A stretch of DNA of 64,000 nucleotides from Eubacteriales bacterium (GCA_045539135.1 JAZQET010000012.1:2275-66274), one strand, 5' to 3'; shown: positions 1 through 9,672, counted from the stretch's first letter. Numbers and translations: made by a program. Notes: generated by a model from the sequence alone, not told the origin.

Positions 1-1307
1 ATCTCAGCCGTAGACGGTTTATCATACACCAACTCCCCTTTCAAGAAAATCGGTTGCAACAGCGGAACCGCCTTAAAATCGGTAACCACCTTTTCCTTCC
101 AGGTATGAACAGGATCAAACAAGGTGTAGGGTTTCGACTCATCAATCACCTCATCATGTAGGGTGATCAAGTCTGCGATAGCCATATCGGTTTCCTTGGA
201 AAAGAAGCGATAAACCTGCTTAAAACAAGGTGTTGTGATCTTTTCAATATTCTCCGAAACCTTAATTTTCGGCGTCACGCTGCCGTCCTCTTCTTCCACA
301 GCAACCAGCTTATAAACACCGCCGAAAACCGATTCACTGCGAGAGGTTATCAAGCGCTCACCCACACCGAAAAGGTCGATTTTAGCGCCTTGCATAATAC
401 AGTCTCGAATAATGTATTCATCCAAAGAATTGGATACCATAATTTTGCAATCGGGGTAGCCTGCATCGTCCAAAACCTTGCGGATTTTCTTCGAAAGATA
501 GGTGATGTCGCCAGAGTCAATACGAACTGCCACAGGGCGGCTTCCCAAAGGCTTCAGCACCTCATCAAAGCACCGAATGGCATTGGGTAGACCCGATTTT
601 AACACATTAAAAGTATCGATCAGTAAAACGCATGCATTGGGATAATTGCGCGCATATGCAGCAAATGCCTCATACTCACTGGGGAAGCTTTGAACCCAAC
701 TGTGAGCCATCGTTCCGGTGCTGGGCACCCCGTATAATTTATCGCAAAGAGCATTAGAGGTGCCGGTGCAGCCCGCAATGTAGGCTGCTCTTGCGCCCAT
801 CACGGATGCGGCGGTTCCATGGGCTCGGCGGGCACCGAACTCGCTCACTCCCCTACCGTCTGCGGCACGCACAATACGCGATGCCTTGGTGGCAATCAAG
901 CTTTGGTGATTTAAGGTAAGAAGCAGCATTGTTTCAAGCAACTGGGCTTGAATGGCAGGACCACGAACCGTAAGGATCGGTTCCCCGGGGAACACAGGCG
1001 TCCCTTCAGGCACTGCATAAACATCGCAAGAAAATTTGAAGTTTTTGAGATACTCCAAGAAACCTTCGGAAAACAAACCTTTTTCCCGCAAAAAGTCAAT
1101 ACTTTCTTCTGAATAAGAAAGGTTGGAAATATATTCAATCACCTGATCCAATCCACAGCAAACGGCATAGCCGCCACGATCGGGAATGCGACGAAAGAAT
1201 ACATCAAAATAGACGATCTGCTCCCCTTTGCCCTCATTAAAGTAGCCATTGCTCATAGTGAATTCATAAAAATCATTCAATAAACTCAATTCAAATTCCG
1301 TTTTCAT
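1..1307 (-). CDS. pncB: Nicotinate phosphoribosyltransferase (3' end runs off window)
   Basis: Not in ORF track. Manual translation from ATG at 1307 (AGGAG RBS upstream): MKTEFELSLLNDFYEFTMSNGY...EFGARRAHG...GTMAHSWVQSF...LLIDTFN...VRIDSGD...SNSLDE...GVGERLIT...GGVYKLVA, all NAPRTase motifs. Confidence 0.95.
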   Translation of the reverse strand, partial: MKTEFELSLLNDFYEFTMSNGYFNEGKGEQIVYFDVFFRRIPDRGGYAVCCGLDQVIEYISNLSYSEESIDFLREKGLFSEGFLEYLKNFKFSCDVYAVPEGTPVFPGEPILTVRGPAIQAQLLETMLLLTLNHQSLIATKASRIVRAADGRGVSEFGARRAHGTAASVMGARAAYIAGCTGTSNALCDKLYGVPSTGTMAHSWVQSFPSEYEAFAAYARNYPNACVLLIDTFNVLKSGLPNAIRCFDEVLKPLGSRPVAVRIDSGDITYLSKKIRKVLDDAGYPDCKIMVSNSLDEYIIRDCIMQGAKIDLFGVGERLITSRSESVFGGVYKLVAVEEEDGSVTPKIKVSENIEKITTPCFKQVYRFFSKETDMAIADLITLHDEVIDESKPYTLFDPVHTWKEKVVTDFKAVPLLQPIFLKGELVYDKPSTAE

Positions 1308-1466
1308 TTTTACTTCTCCTTTTGCGTGTATATAATTCAAATAGGAAAGGTTCTTTTGGGGATATTATATCATAAACGCAACGCGTTTTGATAAATCGTC
1401 CATCATTTTCGGTTGCCTGCCACGCAGGCGAGAAAATCGGATATCATATAATATCTGTTTGCAGAT

Positions 1467-1494
1467 ATTATATCACATTTTTACAAAGTTTCAA
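1467..1494 (-). promoter_or_regulatory. sigma-A promoter for pncB (TTGAAA-16 bp-TATAAT, extended TG)
   Basis: Minus strand reads ttgaaa ctttgtaaaaatgtga tataat. A second TGaTATAAT lies at about 1364-1372. Confidence 0.6.
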
Positions 1495-1537
1495 TTCTTT
1501 TCCAAAAATCCATCAAATTTTCTTTAATTAATTATTG

Positions 1538-1565
1538 TTGACAAATGCATAAAAGGTGCTATAAT
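1538..1565 (+). promoter_or_regulatory. sigma-A promoter for hppA
   Basis: Perfect TTGACA (1538-1543) and TATAAT (1560-1565) with TGn extension; 16-bp spacer. Confidence 0.8.
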
Positions 1566-1676
1566 AGATAAAAATGCACAAGAGATTTTTGAGAGTGCAC
1601 AGTAAAGCCAAGGGGAACATCCCCTTCTTTTGCTGTGTGCTTTTATTTTTTGTGTGAACAAAGAAAGGAAATGACT

Positions 1677-3776
1677 ATGAATCTTGAAAACTATTTAGTC
1701 GTATTCGCCTTCGTCTGTGCGGTTTTGGCAATTTTATTTGCAATTTTTACCGCAAAAAAGGTATTGAAATTTTCCGAAGGCACCGAAAAAATGAAGAAAA
1801 TTGCCGACTCTATTCGCAAGGGTGCAAACGCATACTTAAAACGACAATACACCATCGTTTCTGTCTTTTTTGCCTGTATGTTTGTTGTTCTTTGTGCAAT
1901 GGCAGGTTTTAAGTTTCTGTCTTGGGTCGTCCCCTTCGCCTTTGTGACCGGCGGACTCTTCTCCGGCTTATCGGGTTTTGTGGGAATGAAGATCGCCACC
2001 GCAGCAAACAGCAGAACCGCCAATGCCTGCCGCGAAGGATTAAATCGCGGTCTTCGCGTGGCTTTCTCTGCCGGCTCCGTAATGGGCTTTACCGTTGTAG
2101 GTCTCGGCTTGCTGGACATTTGTGTTTGGTTTATGATCCTGAAGTTTGGCTTAAAGATGGATGCTTCTGCAATCACAGGCGCAATGCTTACCTTCGGTTT
2201 GGGTGCTTCTTCAATGGCTCTTTTCGCACGTGTTGGCGGCGGTATTTTTACCAAGGCAGCGGACGTTGGTGCCGATCTTGTGGGTAAGGTTGAAGCAGGC
2301 ATCCCCGAAGACGACCCCCGCAACCCCGCTGTTATTGCCGACAATGTAGGCGATAACGTTGGCGATGTTGCCGGTATGGGCGCCGATCTTTATGAGTCCT
2401 ATGTTGGCTCCATCATTTCCGCTTCTGCGCTGGGTGTTGCCGCATTTAATTCCGACATCAAAGCAATGATGCTCCCCTTGATGATGGCGGCAATCGGTAT
2501 TATCTGTTCCATCCTCGGCACCTTCTTTGTGCGTACAAAAGAAGGCGCAAGCCAAAAGAATTTGCTTCGCGCCCTCAGCCGCGGCACCAATCTCAGCGCC
2601 ATCTTGATCGCGCTGATTGCCCTTCCTTTGGTTTGGTTCCTCTTGGGTAAAGAAAACATCAATCTTTATTTCGCTATCGTCTCCGGCCTTTTGGCGGGCG
2701 TTCTGATCGGTCAAGCAACCGAGTATTATACTTCTGATTCTTATAAACCCACTCAAAAGCTGGCCGGCAAATCCGAAACCGGTTCTGCCACCATCATTAT
2801 CGGCGGTCTCTCCCTCGGCATGATGTCTACCGCGCTTCCCATTTTCATTATTGCAGTTTGTATTTTGATTGCTTATTTTGTGTCCGGTGGATTTACCAAC
2901 ACCGACGCTTCTATGGGTCTCTACGGCATCGCTTTGGCGGCAGTCGGAATGCTTTCCACCTTGGGGATCACCCTCGCAACCGACGCTTACGGTCCTGTTG
3001 CTGATAATGCGGGCGGTATTGCCGAAATGGCAGGCTTAGAGCCCGAGGTAAGAAATCGCACCGATGCTTTGGACTCCTTGGGAAATACCACCGCCGCTAC
3101 CGGTAAGGGCTTTGCAATCGGCTCCGCCGCTCTAACCGCCTTGGCCTTAATGGCTTCTTACATTGATAAAGTGAAAACCATCGACGGCGGTGTCGAAAAG
3201 ATCGCTGATCTGAGCTTAATGAATCCCACCGTACTGATCGGCTTATTTATTGGCGCATGCCTCCCCTTTGTGTTTGCCGCTTTGACCATGGAATCTGTTG
3301 GCAAGGCTGCACAATCGGTTGTGTTGGAGGTGCGTCGTCAGTTCAAATCCATCGCAGGTTTGATGGATGGAAAAGCAGATCCCGACTACGCTTCTTGCGT
3401 CGACCTCTGCACCAAATCCAGTTTGCGTGAAATGGTTCTTCCCACCATTGTTGCAATCGTAGTTCCCATTATTGTCGGTATTGTGTTGGGCTGTTCCGGT
3501 GTAGTTGGTATGTTGGCAGGTGCCACCGCTTCCGGCTTCTTAATGGCTGTATTTATGTCTAATTCCGGCGGTGCTTGGGATAATGCAAAGAAATATATCG
3601 AGAGCGGAAACCACGGCGGAAAGGGCTCTGAGCAGCATAAAGGTGCTGTTGTAGGTGACACTGTGGGCGATCCTTTCAAGGATACCTCCGGTCCCGCAAT
3701 CAACATTTTGATCAAATTACTTTCGATGGTTTCCATCGTGTTTGCCGCACTGGTTGTAAACTTCAGCATTCTTTAA
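1677..3776 (+). CDS. hppA: Membrane-bound K+-dependent (probably Na+-translocating) pyrophosphatase
   Basis: Motifs [47 protein letters not shown] (Ala form = K+-dependent), [14 protein letters not shown]. Start moved to the ATG after the AAGGAA RBS (1677; 1671 also possible). Confidence 0.95.
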   Translation: MNLENYLVVFAFVCAVLAILFAIFTAKKVLKFSEGTEKMKKIADSIRKGANAYLKRQYTIVSVFFACMFVVLCAMAGFKFLSWVVPFAFVTGGLFSGLSGFVGMKIATAANSRTANACREGLNRGLRVAFSAGSVMGFTVVGLGLLDICVWFMILKFGLKMDASAITGAMLTFGLGASSMALFARVGGGIFTKAADVGADLVGKVEAGIPEDDPRNPAVIADNVGDNVGDVAGMGADLYESYVGSIISASALGVAAFNSDIKAMMLPLMMAAIGIICSILGTFFVRTKEGASQKNLLRALSRGTNLSAILIALIALPLVWFLLGKENINLYFAIVSGLLAGVLIGQATEYYTSDSYKPTQKLAGKSETGSATIIIGGLSLGMMSTALPIFIIAVCILIAYFVSGGFTNTDASMGLYGIALAAVGMLSTLGITLATDAYGPVADNAGGIAEMAGLEPEVRNRTDALDSLGNTTAATGKGFAIGSAALTALALMASYIDKVKTIDGGVEKIADLSLMNPTVLIGLFIGACLPFVFAALTMESVGKAAQSVVLEVRRQFKSIAGLMDGKADPDYASCVDLCTKSSLREMVLPTIVAIVVPIIVGIVLGCSGVVGMLAGATASGFLMAVFMSNSGGAWDNAKKYIESGNHGGKGSEQHKGAVVGDTVGDPFKDTSGPAINILIKLLSMVSIVFAALVVNFSIL

Positions 3777-3785
3777 TCACAAAGA

Positions 3786-3814
3786 AAAAGGACATCCGAT
3801 CGGATGTCCTTTTT
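3786..3814. terminator. Bidirectional intrinsic terminator between hppA and the phosphohexomutase gene
   Basis: AAAAGGACATCCGATCGGATGTCCTTTTT: perfect palindrome with A/T tails, between convergent genes. Confidence 0.85.
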
Positions 3815-3825
3815 TATTTTGTTTT

Positions 3826-5235
3826 TTACAGATTTAAGAGGTTCTTCCAAGCATCAATATAGCTTTGAGCCTGACTTTCTGTCTTACCCTCTGCAAAGAT
3901 CCGCAGTAAAGGCTCAGTGCCGCTGAAGCGGCAAATAACAAAGGAGTTATCCTCAAAGTGAACCTTGCAGCCGTCCTCATAACTTACAGACTTGATCTTC
4001 TGCATAAATTCGGGCAGAATGCGGTCGACCATTACCTTTGCCACCACTTCGTCTTTGGCTTCGGGTGCAAAAGGCAGGTTAAACTCAACCATTTCAAACT
4101 TACCGTATTTTTCTTCCAGTTCAGCAAATAGCTGGCTGGGAGATTTACCTGTCTTGCAAATCATTTCTGCAAACAAGGAAGCAGCATAAACGGAATCCTT
4201 TCCGTGAATATGACCGCGAACGGTCAAACCACCGGAAGATTCACCGCCCAAAACAGCATCTACTTCGTCAATTTTTGCAGAGATATACTTGAAACCAACG
4301 GGCACTTCGTAGCACTTCTCGCCCAGATCTTCTGCCAAAACATCCAACATATGGGTGGTTGCCAAGTTGCGTACAACAGGACCCTTCCAGCCCTTATACT
4401 CATGGAGATAATAATAGAGAAGCACTAAGATCTGATTTGCACTAATGTAAGTACCGTTGTGATCAATAATACCCAAGCGGTCACCGTCACCATCCACACC
4501 GATACCCAGATCATATCCACCGTCAACCACTTGTTTTGCCAAGTCCCGCAGGGTGGTCTGAGTGGGTGCGGGCATCATTCCACCGAAATATGCATCCTTA
4601 TCGCTATGAATCAAATCCAAGGTACAACGAGCGGTATAAAAAATAGTCATCAAAGGATAGGTGGCGCTACCATGCATGGGGTCAAACAAAATACGAAGAC
4701 CGCGCTTGCGAATAGCATCCACATCCAATACGCCCAAAATGTCATCCAAGAAATCGTTAAAGGGATTTTCCCAATAGGTGATCAAGCCTTTTTCCAACCC
4801 CTCTTCAAAAGGCATGGCAACGGGCTCCTTCACCTCGGCAATCAACTGTTCCAGTAAATTGGTGACATCAACATCCGCGTCTCTCCCCTCTTCAACGATC
4901 AATTTAATACCGTTATAGATAGGAGGGTTATGGGATGCAGTAACCTCCAAGCCAAAATGAAGATTTTGATTCTTAACGGTATGCATCACCAAAGGAGTGG
5001 GCGCACTGCGATGCATAAAAATCGCATGAATGCCGTTTCCCGCCAAAACCTCTGCCAGCCATTGACCGGCTTCAAGAGATAAAAACCGACGGTCATAGCC
5101 AATAATAACCGGTTTATCTTCCTTATGCTCTTTTTTAATTAAATTACAAACGCCTTGGCCAACCAAGCAGATATTGCTTTTCACAAACTCAGAGCCGATC
5201 TCTGCACGCCAGCCACCAGTTCCGAAACGAATCAT
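3826..5235 (-). CDS. Phosphoglucomutase/phosphomannomutase family alpha-D-phosphohexomutase
   Basis: FGTGGWR, TASHNP (phospho-Ser), DGDGDR metal loop, VGFKYI, RFSGTEPLLRI. Confidence 0.92.
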   Translation of the reverse strand: MIRFGTGGWRAEIGSEFVKSNICLVGQGVCNLIKKEHKEDKPVIIGYDRRFLSLEAGQWLAEVLAGNGIHAIFMHRSAPTPLVMHTVKNQNLHFGLEVTASHNPPIYNGIKLIVEEGRDADVDVTNLLEQLIAEVKEPVAMPFEEGLEKGLITYWENPFNDFLDDILGVLDVDAIRKRGLRILFDPMHGSATYPLMTIFYTARCTLDLIHSDKDAYFGGMMPAPTQTTLRDLAKQVVDGGYDLGIGVDGDGDRLGIIDHNGTYISANQILVLLYYYLHEYKGWKGPVVRNLATTHMLDVLAEDLGEKCYEVPVGFKYISAKIDEVDAVLGGESSGGLTVRGHIHGKDSVYAASLFAEMICKTGKSPSQLFAELEEKYGKFEMVEFNLPFAPEAKDEVVAKVMVDRILPEFMQKIKSVSYEDGCKVHFEDNSFVICRFSGTEPLLRIFAEGKTESQAQSYIDAWKNLLNL

Positions 5236-5253
5236 CAGATAAAACCTCCTTGA

Positions 5254-5967
5254 TTATTCATTAAAACTGCAAACAACCGTTACATCGGGATGCAGTTGAA
5301 GAATAGATGCGGGAACCATGGGAGTAACAGGACCGTGAAGAGCTTTTTCCAAAGTTTCGGCCTTTGCTTTACCGTGAACGATCATTACGATCTTCTTGGC
5401 AGTCATGATTCCTTTAAGACCCATACTCAAAGCCTGAGTAGGAACATCCTCTTTGGAAGCAAAGAAACGAGAATTTGCCTCAATGGTGGAGTCTTCCAAA
5501 GTCACCAAATGAGTGCCGACAGGAAAATGATCATCAGGCTCATTAAAACCAACATGACCGTTCAAACCCATACCGAGAATTTGAAGATCGATACCGCCCA
5601 ATTCTTCAATGCGCCGGTCATAGGCGGCGCACTCCGCCTCGGGATCCTTGGTCAAGCCATCGGGCACATAAGTAAACTCTTTGCGGATATTCACATGATC
5701 AAACAAATTGTTATTCATAAAATAACGATAGCTTTGATCATTTTCGGGAGACAACCCGTAATACTCATCCAAATTCACGGAGGTGATCTTGGAAAAATCA
5801 AGGGTACCTTCTTTATTCATCTTAATCAGTTCCTGATACATGCCGATGGGCGAAGAGCCGGTAGCAAGTCCTAAAACGGAATCGGGCTTATTGCGAATTT
5901 GCTCGGCAACGATCTGCGCGGCACAAAGACTGGTTTCAAGATAACTGTTTGTTTCAATAACTTTCAT
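5254..5967 (-). CDS. nagB: Glucosamine-6-phosphate deaminase
   Basis: LGLATGSSP, NLDEY, GMGLNGHVGFNEP, PASILQLH. Confidence 0.95.
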   Translation of the reverse strand: MKVIETNSYLETSLCAAQIVAEQIRNKPDSVLGLATGSSPIGMYQELIKMNKEGTLDFSKITSVNLDEYYGLSPENDQSYRYFMNNNLFDHVNIRKEFTYVPDGLTKDPEAECAAYDRRIEELGGIDLQILGMGLNGHVGFNEPDDHFPVGTHLVTLEDSTIEANSRFFASKEDVPTQALSMGLKGIMTAKKIVMIVHGKAKAETLEKALHGPVTPMVPASILQLHPDVTVVCSFNE

Positions 5968-5999
5968 TTTGCTACTCCCCTTAATATTTTTATAATTAA

Positions 6000-6027
6000 A
6001 TTATAACAGTTTATGGGTTATTGTCAA
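6000..6027 (-). promoter_or_regulatory. sigma-A promoter for nagB and the mutase
   Basis: TTGACA-16 bp-TATAAT with TG extension on the minus strand. Confidence 0.75.
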
Positions 6028-6056
6028 TATTTTTCCACCTTCAAAAAAGAAATTTA

Positions 6057-6090
6057 TAAGCCGTGGTGCGCACTAAGACGCCCACGGCTT
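6057..6090 (-). terminator. Terminator downstream of the small Cys-rich ORF
   Basis: TAAGCCGTGG...CCACGGCTTA inverted repeat followed by a T-rich tract on the minus strand. Confidence 0.65.
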
Positions 6091-6102
6091 AATTTTGATT
6101 AT

Positions 6103-6249
6103 TCAGCAACAATTACATCCGCCGCAAGAAGAACTTCCGCCGTCTGTGCAGGAATTTCTCCGACGCCGTCCGCAATCGTTCGATTGGTTATCCCCCAAAA
6201 AGGAGGCAACAATAATTGCCAAAACCAAAGTGACAATACAATCCGACAT
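6103..6249 (-). CDS. 48-aa Cys-rich membrane microprotein (not in ORF track)
   Basis: GAGGTG RBS then ATG. Translates to MSDCIVTLVLAIIVASFLGDNQSNDCGRRRRNSCTDGGSSSCGGCNCC*. A terminator follows the stop. Confidence 0.7.
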   Translation of the reverse strand: MSDCIVTLVLAIIVASFLGDNQSNDCGRRRRNSCTDGGSSSCGGCNCC

Positions 6250-6300
6250 ATTTACTCACCTCAGTTCAGTATATGTAAACCAACCAAGTTTGAACACAAA

Positions 6301-7338
6301 TCACCATTTGAAATAAAAATTTGTATCCCAAGCAGGCAAAGAAGGAAAATGGCGAAGATAAACCTTCACATTTGGACAAATCTCTTGAATCAGCAGCGGA
6401 ATGGAAAACAGATCCTCCGATCGGTGATAGGCGGCAACATCCATTTTGGGTTTGCAACGTTTGATCAACGACGATGCGCCTTGAATAACGGCATTTTCCA
6501 TTCCTTCTACGTCCATTTTGATCCAAGTAAAGGATCTGCCCAAAAATAAATGATCGACCGTTTCTGCAGCGATTTTGCCGATCCCTGAAGCAATCGAATG
6601 CGACTTTCTTCCGCCATCCATCGCAAAAACACGCTCCCCAATCGTTTGATCCAAGCAACAATGGTAGCAATTAATATTCGGCAACTCTGCCGTGTTTTTT
6701 AATAATTTTTCAAAATTCTTACGATCGGGCTCTACAGCATCTATTCTGCTGTACTTGTATTGTGTCCACCGTGCAAATCGCAGTGCAGTATCTCCGTTAT
6801 AAGCACCGATATCCAAATATTGCTCGTTCAAATTCAAGCCCAAAGTGTCATACGCCTCTTTCGGGTCACTTTCACAATCAAAAAGATATTGGATCTTTCC
6901 CGTAAGCTTGGCGCGGATCACATTTTCAAAGACTTTTTTCGATTGATCATCTGCCAACATTATGTAAACTTGTTCGAGTTTTTCTCGATTTTGACATAAA
7001 AAGTCTTCGTCAAAAAGCGTTTCTCCGGCCACCGGAACATCCGGCGCATAAACTTCCTGCTCTTGCATAATACGACGCACATTATCCATTACATCCGCAC
7101 GGTGGGTACCAAAGGATAAAAGAACGATCATTTCGCCCAATTGAGTTTTTAATTCCTCATAGCTGCAAACGGTAAAACCGCGAAAGCTTTGATGGCGCAC
7201 AAATCCGTCGCTGGCAAATACGCCTTGCGCCTTAATTCCACGTTGTTCCAACACATCCAGAATCCGATTCGCGCCATTCCCCATCCCATATAGCACAATG
7301 GGCTTATTCGATTGTTTTAAGTATTTCCATAACTCCAT
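6301..7338 (-). CDS. FkbM-family SAM-dependent methyltransferase
   Basis: N-terminal VLYGMGNGA segment, LDIGAYNGD, AVEPD, IKMDVEGME, AAYHR...LRH. Confidence 0.85.
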   Translation of the reverse strand: MELWKYLKQSNKPIVLYGMGNGANRILDVLEQRGIKAQGVFASDGFVRHQSFRGFTVCSYEELKTQLGEMIVLLSFGTHRADVMDNVRRIMQEQEVYAPDVPVAGETLFDEDFLCQNREKLEQVYIMLADDQSKKVFENVIRAKLTGKIQYLFDCESDPKEAYDTLGLNLNEQYLDIGAYNGDTALRFARWTQYKYSRIDAVEPDRKNFEKLLKNTAELPNINCYHCCLDQTIGERVFAMDGGRKSHSIASGIGKIAAETVDHLFLGRSFTWIKMDVEGMENAVIQGASSLIKRCKPKMDVAAYHRSEDLFSIPLLIQEICPNVKVYLRHFPSLPAWDTNFYFKW

Positions 7339-7410
7339 TACAGAACCCTCAATTCAGTTGCAATTTACACCAAATTATGCTAAACTTATAAAAAACGAAA
7401 GAGAACCGCC

Positions 7411-7974
7411 ATGAAACTTCGACACAATATATTGTTCATATCAGTAATACTCTGTCTGTTTTGGCCCTTAGGGATTATTGTATTAATCAAATCCAACAAA
7501 GCCATTTGGCAAAAATGGGTAATGGCACTTGCCGGATTGTTGATCTTTTGCGCACTTCTGTTCCCTGCCTTTATCCACACTGATCCGTTTCCAAACGAAG
7601 ATGCCTTTGATCTTACGGTTACCCGTAAGACGATGACGGTAGGTCAATCGGGCGGACTTTCAGTCACAACCGATCATTTCTATTATACAGATTATACCGC
7701 AGAATGCAATAACGATATTTTGAAAATTGATAATAATATTTACACTGCCGTAAACGTCGGTTCCAGCGAAATCTTCGTCACGTTCGGCAATCAAACCCGT
7801 ACCGTTCAGATCACGGTCACAGAAGGTACTGCAACCGATCAAACCGTTTACGCCTCCCCTACCGGCAAACGATATCACGCAACACAATCGCACGCAGGCA
7901 CCAACGGGCTTCCCTTTTCCGAAGAAGAAGCGCTTCAATCCGGAAAAACGCCATGTAAGGTTTGTTGGAAATAA
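7411..7974 (+). CDS. Membrane-anchored protein with an Ig-like domain and a C-terminal Ada-like metal-binding domain
   Basis: Two N-terminal hydrophobic helices; Big_2-like TMTVGQS...AVNVGSSEIFVTFG...VQITV; C-terminal VYASPTGKRYH...EEALQSGKTPCKVC. Confidence 0.65.
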   Translation: MKLRHNILFISVILCLFWPLGIIVLIKSNKAIWQKWVMALAGLLIFCALLFPAFIHTDPFPNEDAFDLTVTRKTMTVGQSGGLSVTTDHFYYTDYTAECNNDILKIDNNIYTAVNVGSSEIFVTFGNQTRTVQITVTEGTATDQTVYASPTGKRYHATQSHAGTNGLPFSEEEALQSGKTPCKVCWK

Positions 7975-7979
7975 ACGAT

Positions 7980-8020
7980 AATAAAAATCCTTGAAAATTG
8001 CTTTTCAAGGATTTTTATTT
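7980..8020. terminator. Bidirectional terminator
   Basis: AATAAAAATCCTTGAAAA-TTGC-TTTTCAAGGATTTTTATT inverted repeat between convergent genes. Confidence 0.85.
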
Positions 8021-8027
8021 ATATCAA

Positions 8028-9572
8028 TTATACGTTATCGGGAATCTTGTCGTAACCGTTTTTATTTTCGGTCAGTGTGATTGCCTTGGCCCACTCTTCA
8101 TAAGCGGCGGTATAATCTGCAGTTTTCTTGGCAGAAATACAATCAGCCTTCCAAGCGGTCTCACCTTCACCGATGAAATAGCAAATAGCGTAACCGTCTG
8201 TGATCTCCACAAGTTCAAAATCTCCCGCTGCACGGCCCTCTTTGAATGCCCAAGCGGATACAGCCGTATCAAAGTCATTTGCAGCAAAGTTTTCACAAAG
8301 ACCACCGGTACCTGCGGTATTACCGTCCTCGCTGTATTCAGCGGCATAGGTCAAGAAAGCATCGTCGGTCAAGCCTTCATCCTTCAGCTTCTTCATAACA
8401 TCTTCTGCGGCAGCTTTTGCTTTAGCAAGATCCTTATCATAGGAAGCCTTGGTGAATACCAATTGGCGAATATTCTTAGTGGCACTCTCATCACGATAAG
8501 GAGTAGCGGTCAGATAATAAACGGTATAAGTACCGCTTTCATCATCCTCAATGTAGGTCTCGCCAACCTTTGCGGTATCAAACATCCAAGTAGATGCGGC
8601 ATTATCGGTTACGCGGGTAACCTTATTCAACTTCAGCCCTGCCAAAGTTTCCTCAATATGATCTTCCAGATCTTCTTTAGTATAATCCTTGGTAATGGGA
8701 GTGTTGGCACGAATATCAGCCTCTACCCATTTAGCAAAGTCTTCGCCGCTCTTAACAGCCGCCAAAGCATCGGCTCTTGCCTTTGCATCGGCATAGGTTG
8801 CAGAATCCTTGGTATCCTTTGCTTCAACATCATAGGTATAATAATCGACATAAAGATAGGTTTTAATGTTATCTTTATAATACTGCTCAATTTCAGCATC
8901 GGTATAAACTAATTTGCCGTTATAATCCTTATAGAACTTATCGGCCAAGGCAGAAAGTTCCAAGCACTTGCGAACATCGGATTCCTGAACACCGGTACCA
9001 AAAACCATAGAAAAGATCTTGTCTTCCTTATAGGAATTCTCTTTTGCAAACTCCTTGTAACTGTCAAGAGCAGTCTGAATGGTCTTTTGATCTGCCTCTT
9101 CCAGCTTCATACCTGCTGCCAAAGCCTTTTCGGCAAGGTAGAGCATTTCTTTCACTTGAGCAGAAGTCTGATCGCAGAAATACTCAAACCAAGTGGAGCC
9201 GCTCTGGAAAGTGCTGTCCTGACGACGCAAAGACACATTCGGATCAAGACCGATCGAAGTGACATAAGAAGAATAATTATTGACAAACGTATTATACTGC
9301 GTAAAGAAATAATAAGACATCATTGTTGCATCAACAGTATAATTTTCAGTTTGCATCACAACAGTGCCACGCTGAATATCACCGCGGGAATATGCAGATT
9401 GATAAACAGTTTGATAAATAAAACCTGCCGCAAGGCAGAGAACCAAAACAGCCGCAATGATCGAGGTTACGATCGTGGTTGTTTTTTTCTTTTTTGCCTT
9501 CTTTGCAAGCATTACCTTCATTGCTTCTTTTTCGGCGGCACGGCCTTCCCGTACCCGTTGTCCTTTACCCAT
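8028..9572 (-). CDS. Membrane-anchored parvulin-type peptidyl-prolyl isomerase (PrsA/SurA-like foldase)
   Basis: Basic N-terminus plus one TM helix; SurA-like helical region; C-terminal rotamase-like AAEYSED...GGL...WAF...GD...TDGYAI. Confidence 0.75.
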   Translation of the reverse strand: MGKGQRVREGRAAEKEAMKVMLAKKAKKKKTTTIVTSIIAAVLVLCLAAGFIYQTVYQSAYSRGDIQRGTVVMQTENYTVDATMMSYYFFTQYNTFVNNYSSYVTSIGLDPNVSLRRQDSTFQSGSTWFEYFCDQTSAQVKEMLYLAEKALAAGMKLEEADQKTIQTALDSYKEFAKENSYKEDKIFSMVFGTGVQESDVRKCLELSALADKFYKDYNGKLVYTDAEIEQYYKDNIKTYLYVDYYTYDVEAKDTKDSATYADAKARADALAAVKSGEDFAKWVEADIRANTPITKDYTKEDLEDHIEETLAGLKLNKVTRVTDNAASTWMFDTAKVGETYIEDDESGTYTVYYLTATPYRDESATKNIRQLVFTKASYDKDLAKAKAAAEDVMKKLKDEGLTDDAFLTYAAEYSEDGNTAGTGGLCENFAANDFDTAVSAWAFKEGRAAGDFELVEITDGYAICYFIGEGETAWKADCISAKKTADYTAAYEEWAKAITLTENKNGYDKIPDNV

Positions 9573-9672
9573 TGGGGGTTACCTCCGTAAATTAAAATAC
9601 ATTAGATATATTATACAACATTCTTTTTGATTTGTGAATATCAAAATCATTAAAAAACTGTAAAAATCAAAA

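Noticed and set aside
1361-1475. dif/Xer site or att site interpretation of the AT-rich repeats
   Set aside because: No match to the Firmicute dif consensus (no TTATGTAAA-type XerD arm) and no integrase in the window. Kept only as a regulatory candidate.
6266-6670. 134-aa alternative-frame ORF overlapping the FkbM gene, and plus-strand ORFs at 6013-6549
   Set aside because: They overlap a well-supported gene and the better-supported 48-aa ORF, and have no RBS or recognisable motifs.
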